A stretch of 64,000 nucleotides of DNA from Leucoraja erinacea (lineage: Eukaryota). Position 1 is the stretch's first letter. Each line of letters starts with the position of its first letter. The DNA is taken from positions 57,412,001 through 57,476,000 of the forward strand of contig NC_073386.1 in NCBI RefSeq assembly GCF_028641065.1. Reading direction: 5' to 3'. Position numbers and translations under genes: made by a program. This document shows, one piece after another, positions 1 to 12,379 of this stretch. The notes under the pieces are model-generated. The model was not told where the DNA came from. It saw nothing but the letters and a program-made list of their open reading frames with translations, and made no database searches.

Positions 1-2283
1 TCAACACCCTACCGCCAATACCATGTGCTCTAATTTTAGTCACCAGTCTCCCGTGCGGGACCTTATCAAAGGCTTTCTGAAAGTCTAGATACGCTACATC
101 CACTGGCTCCCCTTCATCCATTTTACTTGCCACATCCTCAAAATATTCCAGAAGATTAGTCAAGCATGATTTCCCTTTCATAAATCCACGTTGGACTAAT
201 CCTTTTACTGCTATCCAAATGGCCCATTATTACCTCTTTAATAATTGACTCCAGCATCATTCCCACCACCGAAGTCAGGCTAACTGGTCTGTAATTCCCC
301 GTTTTCTCTCTCGCTCCTTTCTTGAAAAGTGGGATAACATTAGCTATCCTCCAATCCACAGGAACTGATCCTGAATCTATTGAACATTGGAAAATGATCA
401 CCAATGCGTCCACTATTTCTAGAGCCACCTCCCTGAGGACCCTGGGATGCAGACCATCAGGCCCAGGGGATTTATCATCCTTCAGTCTCATTAGCCTACC
501 CAATACTATTTCTCGCCTAATGAAAATTTATTTCAGTTCCTCTACCCCCTTAGATCCTCTGTCCTCCAGTACATCTGGGAGATTGTTTGTGTCTTCCTTA
601 GTGAAGACAGATCCGAAGTACCTGTTCAACTCTTCTGCCATTTCCTTGTTGCCCATAATAATTTCACCCGTGTCTGCCTTCAAGGGACCCACATTTGACT
701 TTGCTATTATTTTTCCCTTAACATATCTAAAGAAGCTTTTACTGTCCTTCTTTATATTCCTGGCCAGCTTCCCTTCGTACTTCATCTTTTCAGCCCGTAT
801 TGCCCGTTTTGTTTCCTTCTGTTGTCCTATGAAAGTTTCCCAATCCTCTGGCTTCCGGCTACTCTTTGCTGTGTTATACATCTTTTCTTTTAGTTTTATT
901 CTATCCCTAACTTCTCTTGTCAGCCACGGTTGCCTCCTACTCCCCTTAGAATCTTTCTTCCTTTTTGGAATGAAATGATCCTGCGTCTTCCGGATTATGC
1001 CCAGAAATTCCTGCCATTGCTGTTCCACCGTCATTCCTGCTAGGATCCCTTTCCAGTCTACCTTGGCCAGCTCCCCTCTCATGCCTTCATAGTCCCCTTT
1101 GTTCAACTGCATCACTGACACTCCCGATTTAACCTTCTCCTTCTCAAATTGCAGATTAAAACTAATCATATTATGATCACTACCTCCAAGCGGTTCCTTT
1201 ACCTCGAGTTCTCTTATCATATCTGGTTCATTGGACGACATTAAATCCAGAATTGCCTTTTCTCTGGTCGGCTCCATTACAAGCTGCTCGAAGTATCCAT
1301 CTCGGAGGCATTCGACAAACTCTCTTTCTTGGGGTCCTGAACCAACCTGATTTTCCCAGTCTACCTGCATATTGAAATCCCCCATCACCACAGTGGCATT
1401 ACCTTTGTTACATGCCAGTTTTAACGCCTGCTGCAACTTACACCCTACATCCGGGCTACTGTTTAGGGGTCTATAGATACACCAATTAGTGTCTTCTTGC
1501 CTTTACAATTCCTCAACTCAATCCACAGTGACTCTACCTCGTCAGTCCCTATGTCTTCCCTTGCAAGGGACTGAATTCCGTCCCAACCAGCAGAGCTACC
1601 CCCCTCCTCTGCCCACCTGCCTGCCCTTTCTATAGGATGTATAACCCTGAATATTAAGTTCCCAGGCCCGATCCTCCTGCAGCCACGTCTCAGTAATCCC
1701 CACAATGTCATATCTACCAACCTCTAACTGAGCCTCAAGCTCATCTACTTTACTTCTTATACTTCACGCATTCATATACAATACTTTTAATTCCTTACGC
1801 ATCTCACCTTTCACATCGATCCCTATTACACTTGGCCATACTCTCCTATCCCTTTGTGAGCTTCCTTTCCCGTTAATTCTGGGGTCATTAACCATCCCTT
1901 TACTCTCTTTCCCTTTAACTCTGTCCTCGACTATCCCATTTGACACCCCACCCCCCTTATTCAGTTTAAAACCACCCGTGTAGCAGTGGCAAACCTGCCT
2001 GCCAGAATGCTGGTCCCCCACCTGTTAAGATGCAATCCGTCCCTTTTGTACAGTTCCCCCTTACTCCAAAACAGATCCCAGTGATCTAAGAATCTAAATC
2101 CCTGCCCCCTGCACCAGTTCCTCAGCCACACATTCAGGTCCCGTATCTCCCTGTTCCTGCTCTCGCCAGCACGAGGAACTGGAAGCAAACTGGAGATAAC
2201 AACCCTGGAGGTCCTGCTTTTCAGCATTTTTCCGAGCTCTCTAAAGTCACGCTGCAGAATATTCACCCCCTTCTTTCCGACAT
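1..2283 (-). mobile_element. CR1-clade (HER1-like) LINE, 5'-truncated within ORF1, frameshifted; ORF1 SGNH/GDSL esterase plus ORF2 APE endonuclease and start of RT
   Basis: ORFs with DGLHLN (esterase), YMNA/ITETW/GDFN/GSDH (APE endonuclease) and KSPGPDG..NYRPVSLTS (RT N-terminus). Confidence 0.93.
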
Positions 2284-2639
2284 GGTCACTCCACCATATA
2301 TCTTGCTCTATTAACAGATTCAGATGTATCTTAGATCTCCTCTTGTAAGTCTGCGTGGCGCTATCCTTTGTCTCTGACATTCACGAAACTCCTTGCTTGT
2401 GTTATTGATCCACACCGTGAAGGTTAGAGTTTCCAGCTCTAGAAGTTGCCAGCCATGGCCTGTGACTGTGGGCTGTTTCTATGTCTGGCAGCAGAGGTAT
2501 TGCGCACTCACTTGGCAGATGAAATGGAGCCAGTTTGCCATAGTAGTTCAGCACTGCTCTCTGGTTGTGGTGGGATGATTCAGTTGCCTGATAACAGCTG
2601 GGAAGAAACTGTCCCTGAATCTGGAGGCGTGCGTTACCT

Positions 2640-3170
2640 TTCCTAATTTGAGGAAGGATTTTCTTGCTATTGAGGGATGCAGCGAAGGTTCACCAGGTTA
2701 ATTCCCGGGATGGCAGGACTGACATATGATGAAAAAATGGGACGACTGGGCTTGTATTCGCTGGAATTGAGAAGGATGAGTAGGCACCTTATAGAAACAT
2801 ATAAAATTCTTAAAGGGTTGAACAGGCTAGATGCAGGAACAATGTTCCCGATGTTGGGGGAGCCCAGAACCAGGGGTCACAGTTTAAGAATAAGGGTTAG
2901 GCCATTTAGGACTGAGATGAGGGAAAACTTTTTCACACAGAAAATCTTTTTGAATTCTCTGCCACAGAAGGCAGTGGAGGCCAATTCACTGGATGTTTTC
3001 AAGAGAGAGTTGAATGTGGCTCCTATGGCTAACGGAATCAAGGGATATGGGGAGATAGCAGGAATGGGGTAGGGATTTTGGATGATCAGCCAAGATCATA
3101 TTGAAAGACGGTGCTGGCTCGAAGGGCCGAATGGCCAACTACTGCATCTATTTTCTATGTTTTTACGTCA
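2640..3170 (+). mobile_element. CR1 LINE 3' fragment
   Basis: QRRFTRLIPGM..LGLYSLE.RR..TRGHSLRI..FFTQ C-terminus, 3' stem-loop and ctatgttt tail. Confidence 0.9.
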
Positions 3171-3679
3171 TGGTGAATCCAGCACTCGTTGATGTCTGGT
3201 CCTTAAGAAGGGTCGTGAACCAAAACGCCACCCACCCATGTTCTCCGTAGATGCTGCTCGACCCGCTGAGTTACTCCAGCACTCTGTTCCTTCATGATCT
3301 GGCTGGTGTCTTGCTTATATGAAAGAGCTACATTGCCAATGCACACAAGCTCCAAATTTGCTGTTAACATGAAACTGTTGACAGTTCAAGAAATGAAAAA
3401 CGTTGATGAAACCCGAGTGATGGACAAGATAATGCTTCACAGAAGAAAGTTAAATCTGCATTGAATTAAAACCCACTTGTAGAAACTAAACTAAAGGAAG
3501 ATGTTTCCAAAAGTTATGAGCTTGATTCTATTACTCCAGAAGTGAAGGGCAGGTGGGGGAGAGTCTAAGGCAATTACCCCCCTTCATTTGATCAACACAG
3601 GGGACAAGGGGTCGGCTTAATCATACTTAGATCTGTCAAGAAATAAAAGGCAAACAATATTAAATCTCAAGTGTTTTTG

Positions 3680-3960
3680 TTTTGAGATACAGTGTGGCAA
3701 CGGGCCCTTTGGCCCACCGATCCACGCCGACCAGCATTCACCTGTATACACGCACTATCCTACACACTGGGGACTTTTTACCAAAGACAATTAACCTACA
3801 AACCTGCACGTCTTTGGAGTGTGGGAGGAAACCGGAGCACCCTGGAGAAAACCCACGCGGGTCACGGGGAGAACGTACAAACTCTGTACAGACAGCACCA
3901 TAGTCAGGATTGAACCCGTGTCTCCAGCGCTGTGAGGCAGCAACTCTACCGATGCACCAC
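3680..3960 (-). mobile_element. tRNA-derived V-SINE (HE1-like)
   Basis: A/B-box tRNA head on the minus strand, V-domain core (gagtttgtacgttctccccgtgacc), tail gggccgaagggcctgtttc-like. Confidence 0.85.
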
Positions 3961-4629
3961 CCTACCTTGTTGGGGGAAAAACACTTAAAAAGCAGCAGAA
4001 TATTTTTGACATTTACCAAATGAGAGTTGTCTACAGTCAAAGCATCTGTAGTACTTCTGCTTTATCAGTTTCACACTTAACTCTATAAACCTAAAGACTC
4101 CACTGTTGAAATGCAATTCAATATTTGACAAATCTGATCACCGTAACAGACAGATATAAAGCACACAGAGGGATTAATGTAGTGCATTTTTTCTTTGTGG
4201 TCCCTGAGAAATCAGTGGCAGTGGCAGAGGGTTGTTCTGATGTTCTAAGCCATGCCAATCCAGATATCCTTCCTTGGCACCAGTGGACCGTTACCACTCA
4301 CTGCCCGGTGTAACGTCATAAAGGCCCCCACTAGCCCAGGCACTTCCTGTGCATGCGCTGCCTAATGCATTGAGCATCTGGTGTGCAGGCATTTCAAAAT
4401 CCCCCAGAGCTCACAAAAATCTGCAATCAACTTTGAGCAAGTCTTATGTTTTAAAAGAAAAATGTAATGAGCAAAATGCTCCTGAGATTCAGAGCATGAA
4501 GTTCACACATATGTATTAGAAAATGGAAATTGACGCAAAATTCCACAGTTCCTCACCCCAAAATGTGGGAACGGCACCTCGTATTCCACTTGGGTAGCTT
4601 ACAACCCAACACCGTGTTCTCCAAAAACA

Positions 4630-4815
4630 GACGCAAAGTGCTGGAGTAACTCAAGAGGTTAGGCAGCATCTGTGGAGAGAGGAATTGGTGAAGTTTTGGG
4701 TCAGAACCCTTCTTCAGAGGTCCTGTCCCAAAATGTCACCTATTCCTTCTCTATGAAGATGTTACCAGACCCGCTGAGTTACTCCAGCATTTTGCACCTA
4801 TCTTCGGTATAAACA
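4630..4815. repeat. Palindromic pair of PLE terminal units
   Basis: gtgctggagtaactc...ggcagcatc mirrored by gatgttacc...gagttactccagca, with degenerate hammerhead remnants at the centre. Confidence 0.7.
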
Positions 4816-4819
4816 AGCA

Positions 4820-5083
4820 AGTGAGAAAAACTTTTTTCACACAGAGGGTGGTGAATCTCTGGAACTCTCTGCCACAGAAGGTAGTTTGAGGCCAGTTCAT
4901 TGGCTATATTTAAGAGGGAGTTAGATGTGGCCCTTGTGGCTAAGGGGATCAGAGGGTATGGAGAGAAGGCAGGTACGGGATACTGAGTTGGATGATCAGC
5001 CATGATCATATTGAATGGCGGTGCAGGCTCGAAGGGCCGAATGGCCTACTCCTGCACCTAATTTCTATGTTTCTATGTTTCTA
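4820..5083 (+). mobile_element. Young CR1 3' end with (CTATGTTT)n tail
   Basis: Nearly identical to the copies at 20790-21050 (-) and 41680-41926 (+). Confidence 0.9.
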
Positions 5084-5534
5084 TTTGCAGTTCCTTCCTA
5101 CACATTGAATTCTCCAAGTTTAGGTAAGTAACCTACTAATTTTAGTAGGTAGACAAATAATGCTGGAGAAACTCAGCGGGTGAGGCAGCATCTACTGCTG
5201 GAGGAATAGGTGACGTTCGGGTCAAGTCCCTTTTCAAACTGATGTCGGTGGGGGGGGGGGGAAGAAAGGAAGAGGCGGGGACAGGAGGCTTTGCGGGAGA
5301 GCTGGGAAGGGGGAGGGGAAGGAGGGAGAAAGCAAGGACTATCAATTTTAGTAGCTTGGTTACCTTCCACCCCCTCTTTCCTGGGCCCCATCTGGATTTG
5401 TGCCCACTTCACCTCTTTCCCCACTCTGCTTCAACCTACATTCCTTCCTCTGGCTTCACACTTCACACCTCCTATCTTCACCTCACACCTTTTGTCTTTT
5501 TCATCTCTGGCCCTTATGCAACCATCTGCCTATC

Positions 5535-5535
<1 letters not shown>

Positions 5536-5576
<41 letters not shown>
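5536..5576. repeat. Poly-C homopolymer (~40 nt)
   Basis: Seen directly; length may be a sequencing artefact. Confidence 0.9.
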
Positions 5577-5577
<1 letters not shown>

Positions 5578-5684
5578 CCTCACCTGTATCCACCCATCAC
5601 TTGTCAGGATTTGCCATGCCCCTCTTCCAGCTTTTCCTCCCCACCCCCTCCCGAGTCAATCTGAAGAAGAGTCCCGACCCATAA

Positions 5685-5991
5685 AGGGCCTGTCCCACTG
5701 TATGAGCTAATTCAAGAGCTCTCCCGAGTTAAAAGAAAAAAAAAACTCGTGGGAAGTACGTAGAATGTACGTAGCGGGTACGTCGGAGCTCGGAAAGTCT
5801 CGTAACGGCTCGTGATGCTAACGGCAGGTACTCGGGAAACGTGGTCACTCGTGAAGTTTTTTCGGCACTGTGAAAAATGTCCATGAGAGCCCCGAGTACC
5901 GACGAACGGCTATTACTGTAATTCTCCGAGATCAAATCAGGGGGAACTCTGGGAGAACTCTTGAATTACTTCGTACAGTGGGACAGCCCCT
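5685..5991. mobile_element. PIF/Harbinger-type MITE, copy 1
   Basis: TIR AGGGCCTGTCCCACTGTA...TACAGTGGGACAGCCCCT, flanked by TAA/TCA; inserted into a PLE hammerhead motif. Confidence 0.8.
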
Positions 5992-6836
5992 TCACATCAT
6001 CTAGCCACGTTCTCCAGAGATGCTGCCTGACCTGCCGAGTTTTACTCCAGCACTTGTCCTCTTATTGCAAGCCAACACCTGCAGTTCCTTGCGGTGCCAT
6101 CATGGGATTAAAAACATTGCGTAACCTTCCATGGGGACGTCCAGCAAACATTGCACTGCAAACTTTACTTGCTGCAAAGCAACGGGTCAGGACACAAAAT
6201 TAACTAAACAGCAACGGGTTTCTGCAAAATATCCAGCTGAAGTTAGCAAGCAAAACGATGACCATTTGTGGAGATACAAGTTCATAAGTTCATAGGTTAT
6301 CAGACTAGAATTATGCCATTCGGCCCATCAAGTCCACTCCACCATTCAATCATGGCTGATCTCTGCCTCCTCATCCCATTTTCCTGCCTTCTCCCCATAA
6401 CCCTTGACACCCGTTCCAATCAAGAATTTGTCACAATGCTTGGTCAAGAATACTTGGTAGGGTGCTGAAGAACTTCAAGTAGGCAGAGCTCTCAACTCCA
6501 TACAGACAGCACCCGTAGTCAAGATCGAACCTGGGTCTTTGTTGCTGCACCACAGTGCCGCCCCATGTCTCAAATGGAGGAAAAATGGCAATTGTGCACA
6601 AACTGAGAAGACGAGCAAGGAGGAACTGCAGATGCCGGTTTCCATCGAAGATAGACACACAATGCTGGAGTAACTCAGCGGGACAGGCAGCATCTCTGGA
6701 GAGAAGGAATGGGTGATGTTTCGGGTAGAAACACTTCTTCAGACTGAGTTACTCCAGCACTTTGTTTCTGAAGAGGGGTTCTGACCAAAAACGTCTATTC
6801 CATCTCTCCAGAGACGCTGCCTGTCCTGCTGAGTTA

Positions 6837-7147
6837 AGGGCCTGTCCCACTATACGAGTTTACCCAAGAGCTCTCCCGAGTTAAAAAAAAAATCAAACTC
6901 GTGGTAAGTATGTAGAATGTACTCAGCGGGTACGTCGGAGCTCGGGACGTCTCTTAGCGGCTCGTAACACTAACAGCAGGTACTCGGGAAACGCGGAAAC
7001 TCGGGAAGTTTTTTCGGCACTGTGAAAAATGTCCACGAGAGCCCCGAGTACCTACGAACGGCTATTACCGTAATTCTCCGAGTTCGAATCAGGGGAAACT
7101 TGGGAGAACTCTTGAATTACCCCGGACAGTGGGACAATGGGACAGGC
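6837..7147. mobile_element. PIF/Harbinger-type MITE, copy 2
   Basis: Same internal sequence and left TIR after TTA; right TIR rearranged (gggacaatgggacaggc). Confidence 0.8.
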
Positions 7148-7596
7148 ATTTTGTGTCTCTAATTTTGAACTGATCTTTCAGCCCTTTTTTGCAATCGCCT
7201 CAAATGATGCACACACTTATATTACCACCAGAACCATGATCTAGGCCATTCATTATTCCATGTTAACACTGGTGACAAAGAAAGAGGTTTTATATCTGTG
7301 CAAGTCTGTTTACCAGATGGCAAATTTAAAAAAAAAACTACCAGCAGTATTTTGGCTTTTGCACGAAATTCCTAATGGTTTAGTCATGACAACTGGGATT
7401 GAAATCGTGTTAAACTCTGCATTTAAAAAAAAAAATACACTTTCAAAGCCAAAACAAGTCTCTCTGGCATAGTTATGCTAGACCTCATCATTTTCAAAGG
7501 AGCAGAGGATTGAAGGCTCTGGTCTGCACACAATCATTGTTCTTGGCACGGTTTTGTGGATCACAATTAAACTGTCAAATGGTATAGACTCTATAG

Positions 7597-7890
7597 GGCA
7601 TCACGGTGGCGCAGTGGTAGAGTTGCTGCCTCACAGCGCCAGAGACCTGGGTTTGATCATGACTACTGGTGCGGTTTGCATGGAGTTTGTACGTTCTACC
7701 TGTGACCACGTGGGTTTTCTCCGGGTGCTCCGGTTTCATCTCACACTCAAAATACGTGCAGGTTTGTCGGTTAATTGGCTTTGGTAAACATTGTAAATTG
7801 TCCCTGGTGTGTAGGATGGCGGTAATACACAAGGTGTTGATCGCAGGTCAACACAGAGTCGATGGGCTGAAGGGAAGTCTCTCCAAAGTT
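7597..7890 (+). mobile_element. V-SINE (HE1-like)
   Basis: cacggtggcgcagtggtagagttgctgcctcacagcgccagagacctgggtttgatc tRNA head plus V core. Confidence 0.88.
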
Positions 7891-8439
7891 TAAAGTAAGT
7901 TACTAAAACAGGCAGAGACAAAAATATCCAGGGTGTGGTTAAGAATGATAATTTAACAAGCAAGCCAAGCAGTCAGCCAGTCATCTTCATCATAGAAATA
8001 TTGGTGAAGAAATATACCATATCTTTTCTTCCTGGTCTATAAAGGTGTCGCACGTCTTCCATGTGAATGCTGCTCTGCTCAAATGGTGTGTAGTGCAAAC
8101 ATTTTCTGGAAGACAGATCCATAAAATAACCAGTCAATCGACAATAGGTGCGGGAGTAGGCCATTCGGCCCCTCGAGCCAGCACCGCCATTCACTGTGAT
8201 CATGGCTGATCATCCACAATCAGCCCCATTATATTTCTACCCAACCTGTCTCTATTTTCTGCCCTCCACTCCTCACCATTTACACCAATTAATTTAACAA
8301 CACCTTGCCAAAACTTTCTCTCCCACCCATCTCCACTCCCAAATCCACACAAATGCAATTGTCAACATTTGGTCCATATCCTTCTGTTTTTTACCTCAAT
8401 GTCCAAATATCCCTTGAACAGTGTTCATCTTCCTCAGTC

Positions 8440-8900
8440 AAGGGTTATGGAGAGAAGGCAGGAGAATAGGGTTGAGAGGGAAAGATAGATCATCTATGAT
8501 TCAATGGCAGAGTAGACTAGATGGGTTGAAAGGCCTGTTTTCGCGCTGTATCTCTAAAGTCTAGAGTAGATGCGGAGAGGATGTTTCCACAAGTGGGAAA
8601 GTCTATGACCAGAGGGCACAGCCTCAGAATTAAAGGACACATGTTTAGAAAGGAGATGAAGAGGAATTTCTTTCGTGAGAGGGTGGTGAATCTGTGGAAT
8701 TAATTGCCACAGGTGGCTGTGGAGGCCGTCAATGGATATTTTTAGGCAGAGATAGATAGATTCTTGATTAGTTCGGGTGTCAGAGGTTATGGGGAGAAGG
8801 CGTGAGAATGGGGTTGAGGGAAAGATAGATCAGCCATGATTGAATGGCGGAGTAGATTGGATGGGCCGAATGGCCTAGGTCTGTTCCCATAACATGAACT
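8440..8900 (+). mobile_element. CR1 3' fragments
   Basis: ERMFP..RGHSLRIKG..RNFF..VVNLWN coding remnants and 3' UTR. Confidence 0.8.
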
Positions 8901-9899
8901 CCAGCACCTCCTCTGCTAAAGAATTCCAAATATTTACTACTCTGTTTTTTTTTTAATCCTCTTAAATCTCCTTTAAAACTCCTTCCTTCCTCTCAAGTAA
9001 AGCTATGCCTGTTTTTTTGATAACAAGATTAGAAATCAAATTAGGATTTCAAGTCAGATTTTAAACCACAGGGGCAAAATCAAATCAAGAATGGGGCCCA
9101 ACATAAGCAACACCAACATATTAAGAACCAAATGGGTTCCCTCTGAACCAATTTATAAAAGAAGAGGTGACAATATTCATTTCATAAATTCATAAGTTGT
9201 AAGAGCGGAATTAGGCCATTCGGCCCATCAACTCTACGCCGCCATTCAATCCAGACCTAGGGTGCTGTCTGTGTGGAGTTTGCACATTCTTCCCTTGACC
9301 GTGTGGGTTTCCCTTGGATGCTCCGGTTTCCTCCCACATCCCAGCGATGTGCATATTTGCATATTAATTGGGATCTAAATTGCCCCCGAATGGATGAGAG
9401 CAGGAGAACAGAACTCATGTGAATTGGTGATGGATGGTTAGCATGAGCTTGGTGGAGTGAACGGCCCGTTTTCATGCTGTGTCACAACCCAAACTAAAAC
9501 CAAACTAACCGAAAAGTTGCCCATTCCTTCTCTCCAGAGATTCTGCCTGTCCCGCTGAGTTACTCCAGCGTTCGGTGTCTATCTTTGATTTTAAAACTAA
9601 ACTAATGTGTATGAAGGAACTGCAGATGCTGGTTCACACCGAAGATAGAATTGCAGGTCTAATCGAAGCCAGTTTTCTTCATAGTCGAGGAAGGTTTTCA
9701 ACATGTGCGTGGGAGGTGGTAGGAGGTTGTAGGTCACCTCGACCTTGATTTTTTTTTGGGCGGCGGGCAAGGTCACCAGAGGTTGCTGTTTAGGTCTCCT
9801 AAGTGGGACAGGGGCTGTACACAGCATCGTATGAAGCAACAGGAGATGGCTTTCAAATTTAAGGTCATACAGTACAAGAAAGACAGATGTTAGTCTCAC

Positions 9900-9983
9900 T
9901 TTCTCAACGTTCTGGTGCCAAGTGCTGACATCTTCATTCAATGCAACCACAGCGTTTTTAACATAATTGACGTGTGTTGCCAT
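9900..9983 (-). CDS. Candidate first coding exon (MATHVNYVKNAVVALNEDVSTWHQNVEK), possibly an RGL1 alternative N-terminus; exon 9900-9998
   Basis: Minus strand: acceptor ttttcatttcAG|acgc, ATG in good context (cccATGG), 28 open codons, phase-0 donor AAA|GTGAGA, non-repetitive sequence. The RGL1 assignment rests on synteny and weak similarity only. Confidence 0.45.
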
Positions 9984-10590
9984 GGGTGATCATTGCGTCT
10001 GAAATGAAAAGTCTACTTGGGAGTTGAAAAGAGGAAGCCAAAGCAGCAATGGAGATTTAAAAAAAAATGTAAATGAAGGAAATGATGGCTTTGGTATGCT
10101 GCAGCGAGAACACAAAAATAGGCCCTTCAGCCCATCACGTTCATACTGACCCTTTTGTCCATCTGCCCTAAACCCATTTGCCCACATCAAGATGGCAGCC
10201 ATGTAGGCCTTGCAAATTTAAATAGTAACACTTCACCAGCATTGTGTGTGAGTTTTCCTCACTATGTGAGGAACTCAGTGGGTCAGGCAACATGTAGGAG
10301 AGAGAGACCAGGGTTTGTGGGCCCAACTGGTTGTTGGTAGCGGAAGGGATCGGGAAGGGATCGGGAACCAACAAAGCTGAAGATAGAAATAAAATGCTGG
10401 AGTAATTCAGCAGGACAGGCAGTATTTCTAGAGAGAAGGAATGGTGATGTTTTGCGGAGAGAGCCTTCAATTTGTGCTTATCTACGGTCTAAATGACAAA
10501 CTACAGTCCCTTCCTACACAACCTACAAAGCTGCATATCTTTGGGAAACCGGAGCATGCGGAGAAATCCCACACGGTCACAGGAGAATGC

Positions 10591-11071
10591 NNNNNNNNNN
10601 NNNNNNNNNNNNNNNNNNNNNNNNNNNNNNNNNNNNNNNNNNNNNNNNNNNNNNNNNNNNNNNNNNNNNNNNNNNNNNNNNNNNNNNNNNNNNNNNNNNN
10701 NNNNNNNNNNNNNNNNNNNNNNNNNNNNNNNNNNNNNNNNNNNNNNNNNNNNNNNNNNNNNNNNNNNNNNNNNNNNNNNNNNNNNNNNNNNNNNNNNNNN
10801 NNNNNNNNNNNNNNNNNNNNNNNNNNNNNNNNNNNNNNNNNNNNNNNNNNNNNNNNNNNNNNNNNNNNNNNNNNNNNNNNNNNNNNNNNNNNNNNNNNNN
10901 NNNNNNNNNNNNNNNNNNNNNNNNNNNNNNNNNNNNNNNNNNNNNNNNNNNNNNNNNNNNNNNNNNNNNNNNNNNNNNNNNNNNNNNNNNNNNNNNNNNN
11001 NNNNNNNNNNNNNNNNNNNNNNNNNNNNNNNNNNNNNNNNNNNNNNNNNNNNNNNNNNNNNNNNNNNNNNN
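10591..11071. other. Assembly gap
   Basis: N run. Confidence 1.
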
Positions 11072-11509
11072 TATTGAACAAGCTGCCAGAAGAGGTACTT
11101 GAGGCTGGTGCTATCATAATGTTTAAGAATAATTTAAACAGGTACATGGATAGGACAGGTTTAGAGGGCAATGGGCCAAATGCAGGCAGGTGCGACAAGC
11201 ATAGGTGTGGCCAAAGGTCCTGTTTCCACACTAGATGACTCTCATGCACCATTAACACTCTTGTGGCCCCCTGAGGTGATATCCCTCCTCTTGTTTGAGG
11301 GGTGTGACTACCAAATTCTACCCATCTATGTTCCGCAGCAGAATGGTCTTCCATATTCTTAAACCCAAGGTGAGGAAATGGAGCAATTAAAATGTTGTAT
11401 TTTGAAGTGACAACTGTGATCACACAATCCTTCAAACTGGGTGCCTGTAATGTTTTTAAAAAGCATAACTGTTAACATTGTTTTAAATCAATCTATATCA
11501 GTCTATATA

Positions 11510-11795
11510 GACAATAGACAATAGGTGCAGGAGGAGGCCATTCAGCCCTTTGAGCCAGCACCGCCATTCAATATGATCATGGCTGATCATCCTCAATCAG
11601 TACCCCGTTCCTGCCTTCTCCCCATATCCCCTGATTCCATTATCTTTAAGAGCTCTATCTAACTCTCTCTTGAAAGCATCCAGAGAATTGGCCTCCACTG
11701 CTTTCTGAGGCAGAGAATTCCACAGATTCACAACTCTCTGTGTGAAAAAGTGTTTCCTCATCTCTGCTCTAAATGGCTTACCCCTTATTCTTAAA
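11510..11795 (-). mobile_element. CR1 3' end with (ATAGACA)n tail
   Basis: Reverse CR1 3' UTR stem-loop and microsatellite tail. Confidence 0.85.
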
Positions 11796-11822
11796 TATCT
11801 CTCGTTTCCCTTATCCCTAACC

Positions 11823-11910
11823 AGTCTGAAGAAGGGTCTCGACCCGAAAGGCCACCTATTCTTTCTCTTCAGAGATGCTGCCAGTCCCGCTAAGTTATTC
11901 CAGCATTTTG
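11823..11910 (+). ncRNA. Minimal hammerhead-ribozyme-like motif in a PLE terminal unit (stem III degenerate)
   Basis: agtCTGAAGAagggtctcgacccGAAAggccacc. Confidence 0.5.
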
Positions 11911-12379
11911 TGGCTATCCTTTGTTTGAAATCAATGCAGCAATTGATTCACCATTTTAGTATGAAGATTATGCAATTATAGCTCTCTGATCTTTTGGCAG
12001 TACTTGAATGCAGTGAAATGACCTGCCAAGTCCATTGTAAACACGGGCTGCACACAAAGGAACTGTATCCAAACACAACTTCATTACCATGCAACCAACT
12101 GCATTAATTTCACTTCCAAAGCCAACCATGCCTCACCTTAGCAATGAAACAACAACTCAGACGGCCAAGACCTAGAGTTGGGGAAGAACTTGTCTGTTCT
12201 AGTTTCAAAGTGGAATTAAAAAAAAATATTTCAAATGAATTCAGAGAGAATTCCAAGAAGCAGATCACTGAAGCTTAGCTGGGTCTCCACATAACAGGTA
12301 ACTATACGCAATGTGCTCGAGTATGTACTCAGAACGTTCACTTTCATCAAGTGTTTGTACACCATTTGCAGCATTCAAA

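Noticed and set aside
322-978. 218-aa hydrophobic ORF on +
   Set aside because: Antisense shadow of the Lys-rich CR1 ORF2.
5536-5576. Poly-proline ORFs from poly-C (and poly-G at 19176-19228)
   Set aside because: Homopolymer expansions inside repeats, possibly sequencing artefacts.
7597-7670. tRNA-like sequences with A/B boxes (many copies)
   Set aside because: SINE heads that continue into the V core; not complete tRNA genes.
10441-11435. ORFs spanning the N gap (also 39008-39511)
   Set aside because: Artefacts of ambiguous bases.
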